IMG/VR virus record: IMGVR_UViG_3300045988_166454
Coordinates: 1 to 32,606 of that record
DNA from: a virus
Direction: 5' to 3' (one strand)
Length of the DNA: 32,606 nt
The stretch's first letter is position 1, and the number at the start of each line of letters is the position of its first letter. The notes below the pieces were generated by a model that had not been told where the DNA came from, did no database searches, and saw only the letters and a program-made list of their open reading frames with translations. A program made the translations under genes and the position numbers. Positions 23,282 through 31,247 of this stretch are shown here, piece by piece.

Positions 23282-24445
23282 ATGTCATGGGTACGAGTCA
23301 GCGACGACGCAATGTCTCATCCGCGTCTTATCGACGTGTATGAGGTAGAGGAAGCGTCGCAGACGAATCGACTCGAGATCTTCGGCTTCCTCATGGGCCT
23401 ATCGACGTACTCTGCGAAGCAGCTAACCGACGGGATCGTCGGCAGGGGCGTGGCATACAGCCTCGCTTCTCCCGATCGTGCCGAGCTGCTCCTGCGAGTC
23501 TGCGAGGCTCTCGGTCTGATCGAGTGGGTCGAGATCGGCGGACAGAAGAAGATCAAGATCTTCACCTCCGAAGATTTCATTCACCTCCTGTCTAAAGCAG
23601 AGGTCGAAGCGCGTCGCAATCGCAGCCGTGAGAATCGCGATCCGAAGCTCAAGAGCGCTGTGATCTACCGAGACGGCGACCTGTGCCGCTACTGCGGAGT
23701 CCCAGTCCGCTGGACAGGCCCGATCGGTTTTAGCTCTGGCACTCTCGATCACGTCGACCCGACGTCAGTCGGATCGGCCACCGTCGACGGCCTTGTCGTC
23801 GCCTGCCATCAGTGCAATAGCTCGAGGCAGGACGCGAGGGCTGAATTTGACGAGGCCCATCCGCTCCGCCCGGTCCCAGCAGATCCCTATTACAGTCAGT
23901 GGTCGGCAGAATTCCTCAATCGCAACGGCTATGAGGTCAAGTCTTCCTTGGAACCGCCGAAGCCTATCTCCTCAGACGCGCAGACGACCTGCGCTGTCCC
24001 GGGAGAAGCTTCAAGCGTTGATCCGGAAGACCGCGAGCGCGCGCAAGCGAGGCGCAGAGTTGATCCCGGCGAGACTGATCATCTCGCGTCCGCGGATCCT
24101 CACGCCACGCCGAGCAGCGCTCCCTCAGCCGTAGAGGTTGATCCCGGCGAGATCGATCATCTCGCGTCCGCGGATCCCTCACTCGAGTACAGGGAGTTTC
24201 TGCCGCCACCGACTGTGAGTTCGTACTTAATCCGGACTCGGTCCGAACTAAGTCCGAACTCTAGTCCGACCGTGAGGGGTATCAAGGCGAATTCTCTCGG
24301 GTCGGGTCGGGTCGGGTCGGATAGAGACAGGGCCGGGCAGGAACCGGGCAGGAACCGGGCAGGAACCGGGCAGGGCAGAGACAGGGTAGGGGAAGCGCCG
24401 TCTTCCCCACAGGGCAAGTCAAGACGCAGACGTAAGAGGAAGTGA
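23282..24445 (+). CDS. HNH-endonuclease-domain fusion protein with a repeat-rich, polybasic C-terminus (possible replication/initiator role)
   Basis: The central segment DLCRYCGVPV...GTLDHVDP...VVACHQCNSSR is an HNH motif. The C-terminal third is low-complexity and ends KSRRRRKRK. Confidence 0.65.
   Translation: MSWVRVSDDAMSHPRLIDVYEVEEASQTNRLEIFGFLMGLSTYSAKQLTDGIVGRGVAYSLASPDRAELLLRVCEALGLIEWVEIGGQKKIKIFTSEDFIHLLSKAEVEARRNRSRENRDPKLKSAVIYRDGDLCRYCGVPVRWTGPIGFSSGTLDHVDPTSVGSATVDGLVVACHQCNSSRQDARAEFDEAHPLRPVPADPYYSQWSAEFLNRNGYEVKSSLEPPKPISSDAQTTCAVPGEASSVDPEDRERAQARRRVDPGETDHLASADPHATPSSAPSAVEVDPGEIDHLASADPSLEYREFLPPPTVSSYLIRTRSELSPNSSPTVRGIKANSLGSGRVGSDRDRAGQEPGRNRAGTGQGRDRVGEAPSSPQGKSRRRRKRK
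24298..24385. repeat. Iteron-like array: (cgggt)x4, then agagacaggg-(ccgggcaggaa)x3-ccgggcagggc-agagacaggg
   Basis: Read directly from the sequence. The 11-bp unit is not a multiple of 3. Confidence 0.85.
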
Positions 24446-24449
24446 CCTC

Positions 24450-25211
24450 ATGGGTGAATTCTGTCCAATTACAGGAGAGCCTCTGCAGCCAGGGCAATCG
24501 GTGAGCAGGGGAGCAGTGCGGAAATTCCACACATACATCAAGACACTCCCTTCCCTTATGGCTGACGTGGATTACGCGATCGCGGCAGCTCGGGGAGAAG
24601 GCGGGTGCACTCAAGCCTGCATGCCCAAAGCGCCGATTAATCTCGCTCTTCTCGACGAAGCAGCAGAGATGACCGATGCGATCAACACGTGGGCAACCGA
24701 GTGGTTGACGCATCTGTCGGGAGAGGCTCCTCGGATCTTCGTCGCAGGGGATTGGACCTTCATCGCTCGGATCTTCGCCTGTCAGGAAGGGAAGTTTTCT
24801 CGCTGGGAAGACGCTCCTGCTTGCATCGACGAAATCATCTACGTCCTCGATCGCCTCGAGTATCTGATCTCGAAGCCATCACCGACAGAGAAGATCATGA
24901 TCCGATGCGGTGCATGCCAGCTCTTCTACTCCGTACCGGCATCGAAGCTCTCGAGCCGATGCCCATCCTGCGGGACGCAGGTCGACACAGAGGAAGGTCG
25001 CGATCGCTGCCTCGAGGCCCTCTACGACGTGCCCGTGTCTCTCGGCGAGGCAGTGCTCGCGTGCCGCTTGTACGGAGTCTTCCTAAAAATCGAGACCGTC
25101 CGGTCGTGGGTAAAACGAGGCCACCTGACCTCGAGCGCGGAGACGTCGACCGGGAAGGGTCTTTTTACTCCGCGGTCAGTTGTTGAAGCTTTTTCAGAGA
25201 GGAATTGTTGA
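24450..25211 (+). CDS. Zinc-ribbon plus C-terminal MerR-like HTH protein (possible late-gene regulator)
   Basis: 253 aa. Contains CGAC...CPSCG and a C-terminal VSLGEAVLACRLYGVFLKIETVRSWVKRGHL. Confidence 0.5.
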   Translation: MGEFCPITGEPLQPGQSVSRGAVRKFHTYIKTLPSLMADVDYAIAAARGEGGCTQACMPKAPINLALLDEAAEMTDAINTWATEWLTHLSGEAPRIFVAGDWTFIARIFACQEGKFSRWEDAPACIDEIIYVLDRLEYLISKPSPTEKIMIRCGACQLFYSVPASKLSSRCPSCGTQVDTEEGRDRCLEALYDVPVSLGEAVLACRLYGVFLKIETVRSWVKRGHLTSSAETSTGKGLFTPRSVVEAFSERNC

Positions 25212-25212
25212 G

Positions 25213-25416
25213 ATGGATTTTCAGTCGTGGGCTGAGCTGCGCGAGTCTTTGCGCGAGGCTTTGGATGCTTTGGAGACTGCGAAGGAATTGATTCCTTGGG
25301 AGGATTCGCACCTTTGCCCGGAGCGCGTGTCGCTGCGGTTGCGCAGTGCATCGGGGCAAGTCAGAGAGGCGTTCGCGCTTGTCGGCGATGTCCTTAAGGG
25401 AGGCGATGCAGCATGA
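25213..25416 (+). CDS. Hypothetical 67-aa helical protein
   Basis: ATG after gagaggaa. ATGA overlap with the methyltransferase start. Confidence 0.45.
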   Translation: MDFQSWAELRESLREALDALETAKELIPWEDSHLCPERVSLRLRSASGQVREAFALVGDVLKGGDAA

Positions 25417-27038
25417 TTCCAGTGGTCGATCTTTTCGCGGGCGCTGGCGGTCTGACTGAGGGATTTGCGTCGTTGGTTGACGCCGATGGCCTGCCGGTAT
25501 TCCAGCCGGTCATGTCGGTTGAAAAAGACCCGGATGCGTGTGAGACTCTGCGTCTGCGCGCGTTCCTCAGCCGAATCGCTTCTGCGGAGCCAGGGCTACC
25601 GTGGGAGTATGAGCAGTTTTTACGCGATCGCGATCCGCGAGCGCTGGATTGCTTGAAGAAGCGTTTCCCGAGTGCGTGGACTGGTGCTCGCTGCGAGGTC
25701 GTCGAAGCGGAGCTGGGGGATGCTGATCCGGTTTTGATTGAGATGGCTCGGATGCGGGTCGACGCCGCATCCCCGTCTGGGGTGTGGGTGTTGGCCGGTG
25801 GCCCTCCGTGTCAGGCGTATTCGACTGCTGGCCGGTCTCGTCGGAAGCATGATCCGTCGTATGCGGACGATCCTCGGCTTCGGTTGTACAAGTCGTTTAT
25901 GAAGTTTGTGCATATGCTTCGGCCTCCGGCTGTTGTCTTCGAGAATGTCGTGGGCATCTTGTCGGCGAAGGTCGACGGGGAGTCTGTGTTTTCGCGGATT
26001 GTTCATGATTTCAGGAGCGCTGGTTATAGCGTTCGTTCGGTTGTTGATCCGTGCCCGGCGACGTCGCGTGATTACATCGTCGAGTCGGAAAAGTATGGAA
26101 TCCCGCAGGCTCGTCATCGCGTGATTCTTCTTGCTGTTCGTCGTGGGCGTGGTTTGCATCCGGGGGTCTTGCGTGAACGCGAGAGTGCGACGGTGCGTGA
26201 TGCTTTGGTTGGTTTGCCGAAGCTCCATGGGGTTGTCAGTTATCCGCAGGGGACGTGTCTTCCTCGCTTCGAGGAGTGGAAGAAGCTTGCGCCTGAGCCG
26301 ATCGCGAAGATTGTCAGGGACGCGATGATCGCTCCGTATGCGATCTTGTCGGAAGCGAATGAGATTGTTCGCGGCCAGGGCAAGCTTTCCGGATGGTACC
26401 GAGGCAAGCTTGGTGGCTCGAAGGCCCTTGAGGGGCACGCGGCTCGTACAGTGCGCACGGTAGATATGGAGCGGTATATGTTTGCCGCTGCTTTCGCGCA
26501 GGTCAAGGGCAGGTCGCCTCGGCTCGAGGAAATGCCTCGGTGCTTGTGGCCGAATCACGCGAACCTCGATGACATCGACGGGGATTCGAGGCCAGCCTTC
26601 AATGACCGCTTTTACGTGCAGGCGTGGGGTAAACCATCGTCGACCGTGACTGCTCATATCGCTAAGAGCGGGCATCATTTTATCCATCCGGATCCTCGGC
26701 AGCGCAGGAGTCTGACGCTTCGGGAGGCTGCGCGCCTCCAGACCTTCCCTGATGATTTCGTATTTATGGGGACTAAGACTGCTCAGTTTCGGCAGGTCGG
26801 GAATGCTGTGCCTCCGCTGCTCGCGCAGCAGGTCGCGCAGGTCGTCGCGAAGACCCTCGGCGTTGACGCCTTCGGCTACTTCGACAGCCTCGAGGAAGAA
26901 GATGGCGGGGAGGATGAGGAAGCGCCGAAGCTCCTTGGAGATACATTCTTCGATGCAATCTTCGAGTTCGCAGACAGTATCAATGGCATGCTCGGGAAAG
27001 CGGCTGATGCTCTTGACAAACTGGGTGCACCGCGCTAG
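25413..27038 (+). CDS. DNA (cytosine-5)-methyltransferase, orphan
   Basis: Motif I DLFAGAGGL, motif IV GGPPCQAYS, motif VI FENV, and the C-terminal RSLTLREAARLQTFPDDF...QVGNAVPP. Confidence 0.9.
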   Translation: MIPVVDLFAGAGGLTEGFASLVDADGLPVFQPVMSVEKDPDACETLRLRAFLSRIASAEPGLPWEYEQFLRDRDPRALDCLKKRFPSAWTGARCEVVEAELGDADPVLIEMARMRVDAASPSGVWVLAGGPPCQAYSTAGRSRRKHDPSYADDPRLRLYKSFMKFVHMLRPPAVVFENVVGILSAKVDGESVFSRIVHDFRSAGYSVRSVVDPCPATSRDYIVESEKYGIPQARHRVILLAVRRGRGLHPGVLRERESATVRDALVGLPKLHGVVSYPQGTCLPRFEEWKKLAPEPIAKIVRDAMIAPYAILSEANEIVRGQGKLSGWYRGKLGGSKALEGHAARTVRTVDMERYMFAAAFAQVKGRSPRLEEMPRCLWPNHANLDDIDGDSRPAFNDRFYVQAWGKPSSTVTAHIAKSGHHFIHPDPRQRRSLTLREAARLQTFPDDFVFMGTKTAQFRQVGNAVPPLLAQQVAQVVAKTLGVDAFGYFDSLEEEDGGEDEEAPKLLGDTFFDAIFEFADSINGMLGKAADALDKLGAPR

Positions 27039-27069
27039 TTTGATATCGTAGCGTTACAGCTGTAGGAAG

Positions 27070-27103
27070 GGCCGTCTCGAGAGAAAACGAGACGGCCTTT
27101 TCT
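27070..27103 (+). terminator. Intrinsic terminator
   Basis: ggccgtctcg-agagaaaa-cgagacggcc followed by ttttctc. Confidence 0.8.
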
Positions 27104-27271
27104 CATACCCTCCGGGGGTCCCTCCATATATATGGGGGGAGGGTCTTTGGGTAGGGGTCTTAGAAACAATACCCCGGGGGGTAACGCTACGATTCCGCCC
27201 GCCGACGCGCGGGCTCGCAAGCCATGAAATCAGAAGCCAAGCCTTCCGACAGGAGACGGGAGGGCGTAGGG

Positions 27272-27562
27272 ATGTCACGCACGGGCACGGCTCAATACTT
27301 CCACTGGAGGAAGCGAGTCCTTACCGAGGCGAAGAATCGCGGCGTGACGCACTGCCCTTTCTGCCACTGCCTTCTCGACTACGAACGCACGCGGCTTCCA
27401 AATTCCGCAGAGCCGGATCATATTCTTCCCGTTCGCTGGGGCGGGAAGAATACGCTCGATAATGGTCGCGTGATCTGTCGACGATGCAACCAATCGCGCG
27501 GATCCAGCGTCGCGCCGAAGCTTTCTGCTCCTCGTCGATCGTCGGTTGACGTCGACTGGTAG
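27272..27562 (+). CDS. HNH endonuclease (packaging-associated)
   Basis: CPFCHC...DHILPVRWGGKNTLDNGRVICRRCNQSRG. Lies upstream of the terminase genes. ATG at 27272 after gggaggg. Confidence 0.85.
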   Translation: MSRTGTAQYFHWRKRVLTEAKNRGVTHCPFCHCLLDYERTRLPNSAEPDHILPVRWGGKNTLDNGRVICRRCNQSRGSSVAPKLSAPRRSSVDVDW

Positions 27563-27858
27563 TCGATTGATAGTCGATTCGAGCCGTTTTCGAGGCTTTT
27601 ACGGGCTTTTCGCCGAAAACGGCCTTGTCGGAAACGTTGGAATTCCGCGGTTTTGGGGGCACTACCCCCTCCCCCCACTCTGGACTAGCCCCCACGAGGT
27701 ATAGCGGGATACCCCCCCGTTATTTTGGGCCTTGACCTCGAAAACTGGTCGAAGGGCCTGAACGATCGATACGCGATCGCGTGGGGCGTCTGTGGGGTAT
27801 CTGGTACTAGCGCTCGCGGCCTTTTGGCTTAAATACAGGGGAATCGGGGTGTTTTGGG

Positions 27859-28149
27859 TTGGCGAAGAAGAAAAAGACAGACGATCCTAAGCCTGCTTTT
27901 GATCCTCAAGAAGCGCGCCTCCGTCTCCTCGAAACGACCCTCATGTCGATCGAATATGCCGACGCGGGTCAGCGCGCGTCTTTGGTGCGAGAGGCCAGGG
28001 CACTGATCACCGATATTGCGGGAGTGCAGAAACCACAGGTAGAAGCGGAATCGACGGAGGAGGGCAGCGCGGTTGTCAACTTCCAAGCTCGATTGGCGCA
28101 ACAGCGATCAGGATCCTCGGCTCCGCGTCGCCGCCGATCGTCGGGCTAA
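27859..28149 (+). CDS. Terminase small subunit (putative)
   Basis: 96 aa with a TTG start. Basic N- and C-termini. Position between HNH and the large terminase. Confidence 0.5.
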   Translation: MAKKKKTDDPKPAFDPQEARLRLLETTLMSIEYADAGQRASLVREARALITDIAGVQKPQVEAESTEEGSAVVNFQARLAQQRSGSSAPRRRRSSG

Positions 28150-29593
28150 AAGCTTCGGTCCTTTGGCCGGGGATTTCGCCTCGCAATTTGGGCTGACTCC
28201 CGATGCGTGGCAGGATCTAGTGCTCGAGGATTGGCTCGCTGCAAATGGCCGCGATGAATGGAAACACCCGATCGCAGGGCTTTCCCTGTCTCGTCAAAAT
28301 GGCAAGAACGCGCTCCTCGAGATGCGTGAGCTTTTCGGCCTCGTCCTCCTCGGTGAGAACATCTTGCACTCAGCCCATGAGGTTAAGACAGCTCAAGCCC
28401 ATTACCGACGCTTCAAGGAATTCTTCGGCGTCAAAGCCAATGATGAGAATGCTCGTTATCCGGAGCTTAATGCGATGGTCGAGCAGGTGCGAAACGTTAA
28501 CGGGCAAGAGGCAATCATCCTCAAGACCGATCCTGAGAAGGGCTGGCACGGGGGAAGCCTCCGAGTCATCGCGCGCTCCAAGTCCTCGGGCCGTGGTTTT
28601 ACTGCCGACCTCATCGTCTTAGACGAGGCGCAGGAACTCACCGAGGATGCGCTAGAAGCTTTGACGTCGACAGGCTCTGCCGGTCATCTCGGGAATTCGC
28701 AGGTCATCTACACGGGTACTGTGCCCGGGCCTAATGCTAATGGGGCGATCTTCGCTCGCATCCGAGACCAAGCACTCTCCGACCATCCCGGCGCGATGTG
28801 CTGGCACGAATGGAGTCCCGACCCAGACGCTCCGGTGAATCTCGACGACGTGGAGCTGTGGAAAGCCACTAATCCCGGCTTTGTCGCAGGCCGAATCAAA
28901 AAAGCTTTCATCGAACTCGAGCGGCAAACACTCTCAGACGAGGGCTTTGCTCGCGAGCGTTTGGGCATGTGGCCTGCGCACGCGGGCGCGTCGCGCGCGA
29001 TCGACCCGACCACATGGACAGTGTCCACTGCCGACGCTCCGACAGATGGCATCCGCAGTTTCGCGGTTGCTTTCAGCGCCGACGGCAAGCGGCAGGCCCT
29101 CGCGGGCGCGCTTAAGACTGGCAAGGGCTTGGATACGAAATTCCACATCAACGTCATCGATACCTATACAGGCGCAACCGATGACGGCGTCTCCGCTGTC
29201 GCCTCGTGGCTCGCCGAGCGTAAAGACCGAGCCGCGCAAATCAATCTTGTCGGCGGCTCTGGAGCGCTTGCGCTCGCGGATGCTCTCGAGGCCCGCGGCG
29301 TCTCCAAACGCCTTGTCCACATCATGACGACCAAAGAGTATTTCCAATCCTGCTCCTTGCTCTTTGAGGGCTTGCGGGATGGGCGGATTACTCATCCGGA
29401 GGGCGACCCAGAAGATGCGCTGAATTCCTCAGTGGCCGTTTGCGATAAGAAAATTCGTTCGCGCGATGGCTCGTGGGGCTGGGAATCTTCCACTCCAGAC
29501 GGCGACGATACGCCTCTCGAAGCGGCATCTGCAGCCGTCCTAGCAGCAAAGACAACGAAACGACGTCCCGGAAAGAAAGCGAGGGCACTTTGA
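28073..29593 (+). CDS. Terminase large subunit
   Basis: Walker-A-like SRQNGKNALLE, Walker-B LIVLDEAQEL, and a nuclease half. The TTG at 28073 has SD ggaggaggg, but the start is uncertain (a TTG at 28163 is the alternative). Confidence 0.85.
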   Translation: MSTSKLDWRNSDQDPRLRVAADRRAKSFGPLAGDFASQFGLTPDAWQDLVLEDWLAANGRDEWKHPIAGLSLSRQNGKNALLEMRELFGLVLLGENILHSAHEVKTAQAHYRRFKEFFGVKANDENARYPELNAMVEQVRNVNGQEAIILKTDPEKGWHGGSLRVIARSKSSGRGFTADLIVLDEAQELTEDALEALTSTGSAGHLGNSQVIYTGTVPGPNANGAIFARIRDQALSDHPGAMCWHEWSPDPDAPVNLDDVELWKATNPGFVAGRIKKAFIELERQTLSDEGFARERLGMWPAHAGASRAIDPTTWTVSTADAPTDGIRSFAVAFSADGKRQALAGALKTGKGLDTKFHINVIDTYTGATDDGVSAVASWLAERKDRAAQINLVGGSGALALADALEARGVSKRLVHIMTTKEYFQSCSLLFEGLRDGRITHPEGDPEDALNSSVAVCDKKIRSRDGSWGWESSTPDGDDTPLEAASAAVLAAKTTKRRPGKKARAL

Positions 29594-31224
29594 CCGCGAA
29601 GAAATTCATGATCGCGACGCCAGTCGCTTTCCCCACACCAAACGTCCTAGGGCTCACGGGTCCCGAGCTTGAGGCCCTCGGCCAGCTGATCGAGCTTTGG
29701 CGAGTCAAGCAACCACGGAACCGCTTGCGACAGGCCTATCTTGACGGGATTGTCCGTCCGGACAACTTGAATATTGCTGTGCCCGACGAGATGGTCGAGC
29801 AGCTCGGAGCCGTCATCGGATGGCCTCGGAAAGTTGTCTTTGGCCTCTCAGACCTCCTCATCTGGGACGGAGTCACCGCTGCAGGCGGAGAAGAAAATCC
29901 CTTCGGGATCAACGACCTGTTGGCCGAGACGTCTTTCGATCTGGAAATCGCGCAGACGATTCCTTCTAGCCTCACGCACAGCGTCGCTTTCCTGACCCTC
30001 CGTCAAGGCGTAGGACCCGGCGAACCTCCCGTGATCATCCAAGGTCACTCCGCAGACTGGGCGACAGGCCTGTGGGATCGGGTACGTCGTCGGCTTTCCT
30101 ATGGTCTGACGATTGATGATGTCGATGACGCTGGGCGACCAACACGCATGACCTTATATACCGTCGATTCGACCTACGTCCTCGTGCCCTTCCCTGCGGG
30201 GCATTGGGAGGTTGTGCATGCCGAGCTACACGGCATCGGCGCACCGATGATGGAGGCTCTGCCTTTCGAGCCGTCTCTCGATCGACCTCTGGGGCGCTCG
30301 CGGATTTCCCGCGACGTCATGAGCATCACCCAGCGGGCAATGCGTACCGTGCTGCGTGAGGAGCTGGCGACTGAGCTTTTCACTGCTCCGGGGATCCTCC
30401 TCTCCGGCGTTGACTCCGATCTCATCGATGATTTGCGATCGTGGGACTGGAAGCTGGGAACCGTCAAGACGATCTCCAACGGCGAGGAACCCGAGGGGCC
30501 GAAGGTGACTGTCCTTCCTCAGCAGTCGTCTCAGCCTTTCACTGAACAGATGCGCGCCTTGGCGACCGAACTGGCAGGCGTGTCTTGCCTCCCTGTCTCC
30601 TCCCTTGGTGTCGTGCAGGATAATCCATCCTCGGCTGAGGCTTTGTACGCGGCCAAAGAGGAATTGGTCATCAAGGCCAAGAATGCGCAGCGCGTCTACG
30701 ACGGCGCACTCAACCGCATCTATATGCATGCAGTGATGCTGCGTGATGGCCTAGACGAGGCACCCGATGGGATCCGCACTTTGGCAACGCGGTGGGGTGA
30801 TCCCGCGCATCCGTCGATCGTCTCCCAGTCAGACGCGATTGTGAAGCAAGTCGCTGCGATGCCCTGGCTCGCATCTTCCCCAGTGATCCTCGAGGAGCTT
30901 GGCTACAGCTCATCGCAAATCGCACGCCTCATGTCCGACAAGCGCCGAGCCGAGGCATCGGGCCTCCTCGAGCGCCTCCAAAGCTCGCGGCCAGCGCAGA
31001 CGAGTGAAGCGCCTGCGGTCGAGGCTCCTGCTCCCGTCTCGGGAGGACTGACAACCGAGCAAGCTAAATCAGCCTTCGACGCTCTCGGCGTCGCTGTGCG
31101 TGCAGGCGTCGATCCGAATTCGGCTCTTGAGGTCCTTGGGATCCCCGGCGTGAAGCTTACCGGCGCAGTGCCTGTCTCGCTTCGTCTTCCCGAGGCGGAC
31201 ACGAAGATGCTGGAAGAAAAGTAG
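29590..31224 (+). CDS. Portal protein (SPP1 gp6-like)
   Basis: ~545 aa directly after the large terminase gene. TTGA overlap; the start is uncertain (29590 TTG or 29608 ATG). Confidence 0.8.
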   Translation: MTAKKFMIATPVAFPTPNVLGLTGPELEALGQLIELWRVKQPRNRLRQAYLDGIVRPDNLNIAVPDEMVEQLGAVIGWPRKVVFGLSDLLIWDGVTAAGGEENPFGINDLLAETSFDLEIAQTIPSSLTHSVAFLTLRQGVGPGEPPVIIQGHSADWATGLWDRVRRRLSYGLTIDDVDDAGRPTRMTLYTVDSTYVLVPFPAGHWEVVHAELHGIGAPMMEALPFEPSLDRPLGRSRISRDVMSITQRAMRTVLREELATELFTAPGILLSGVDSDLIDDLRSWDWKLGTVKTISNGEEPEGPKVTVLPQQSSQPFTEQMRALATELAGVSCLPVSSLGVVQDNPSSAEALYAAKEELVIKAKNAQRVYDGALNRIYMHAVMLRDGLDEAPDGIRTLATRWGDPAHPSIVSQSDAIVKQVAAMPWLASSPVILEELGYSSSQIARLMSDKRRAEASGLLERLQSSRPAQTSEAPAVEAPAPVSGGLTTEQAKSAFDALGVAVRAGVDPNSALEVLGIPGVKLTGAVPVSLRLPEADTKMLEEK

Positions 31225-31247
31225 AAAAATTTTAGGGGTGGTGGCGG

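Noticed and set aside
24298-24385. Short tandem repeats considered as a CRISPR array
   Set aside because: The units are 5 and 11 bp and contiguous, with no spacers. They lie inside an ORF, and there are no cas genes.
25620-26687. 355-aa - strand ORF antisense to the C5 methyltransferase
   Set aside because: The + strand carries all the canonical methyltransferase motifs. The antisense ORF is an Arg/Pro/His-rich shadow.
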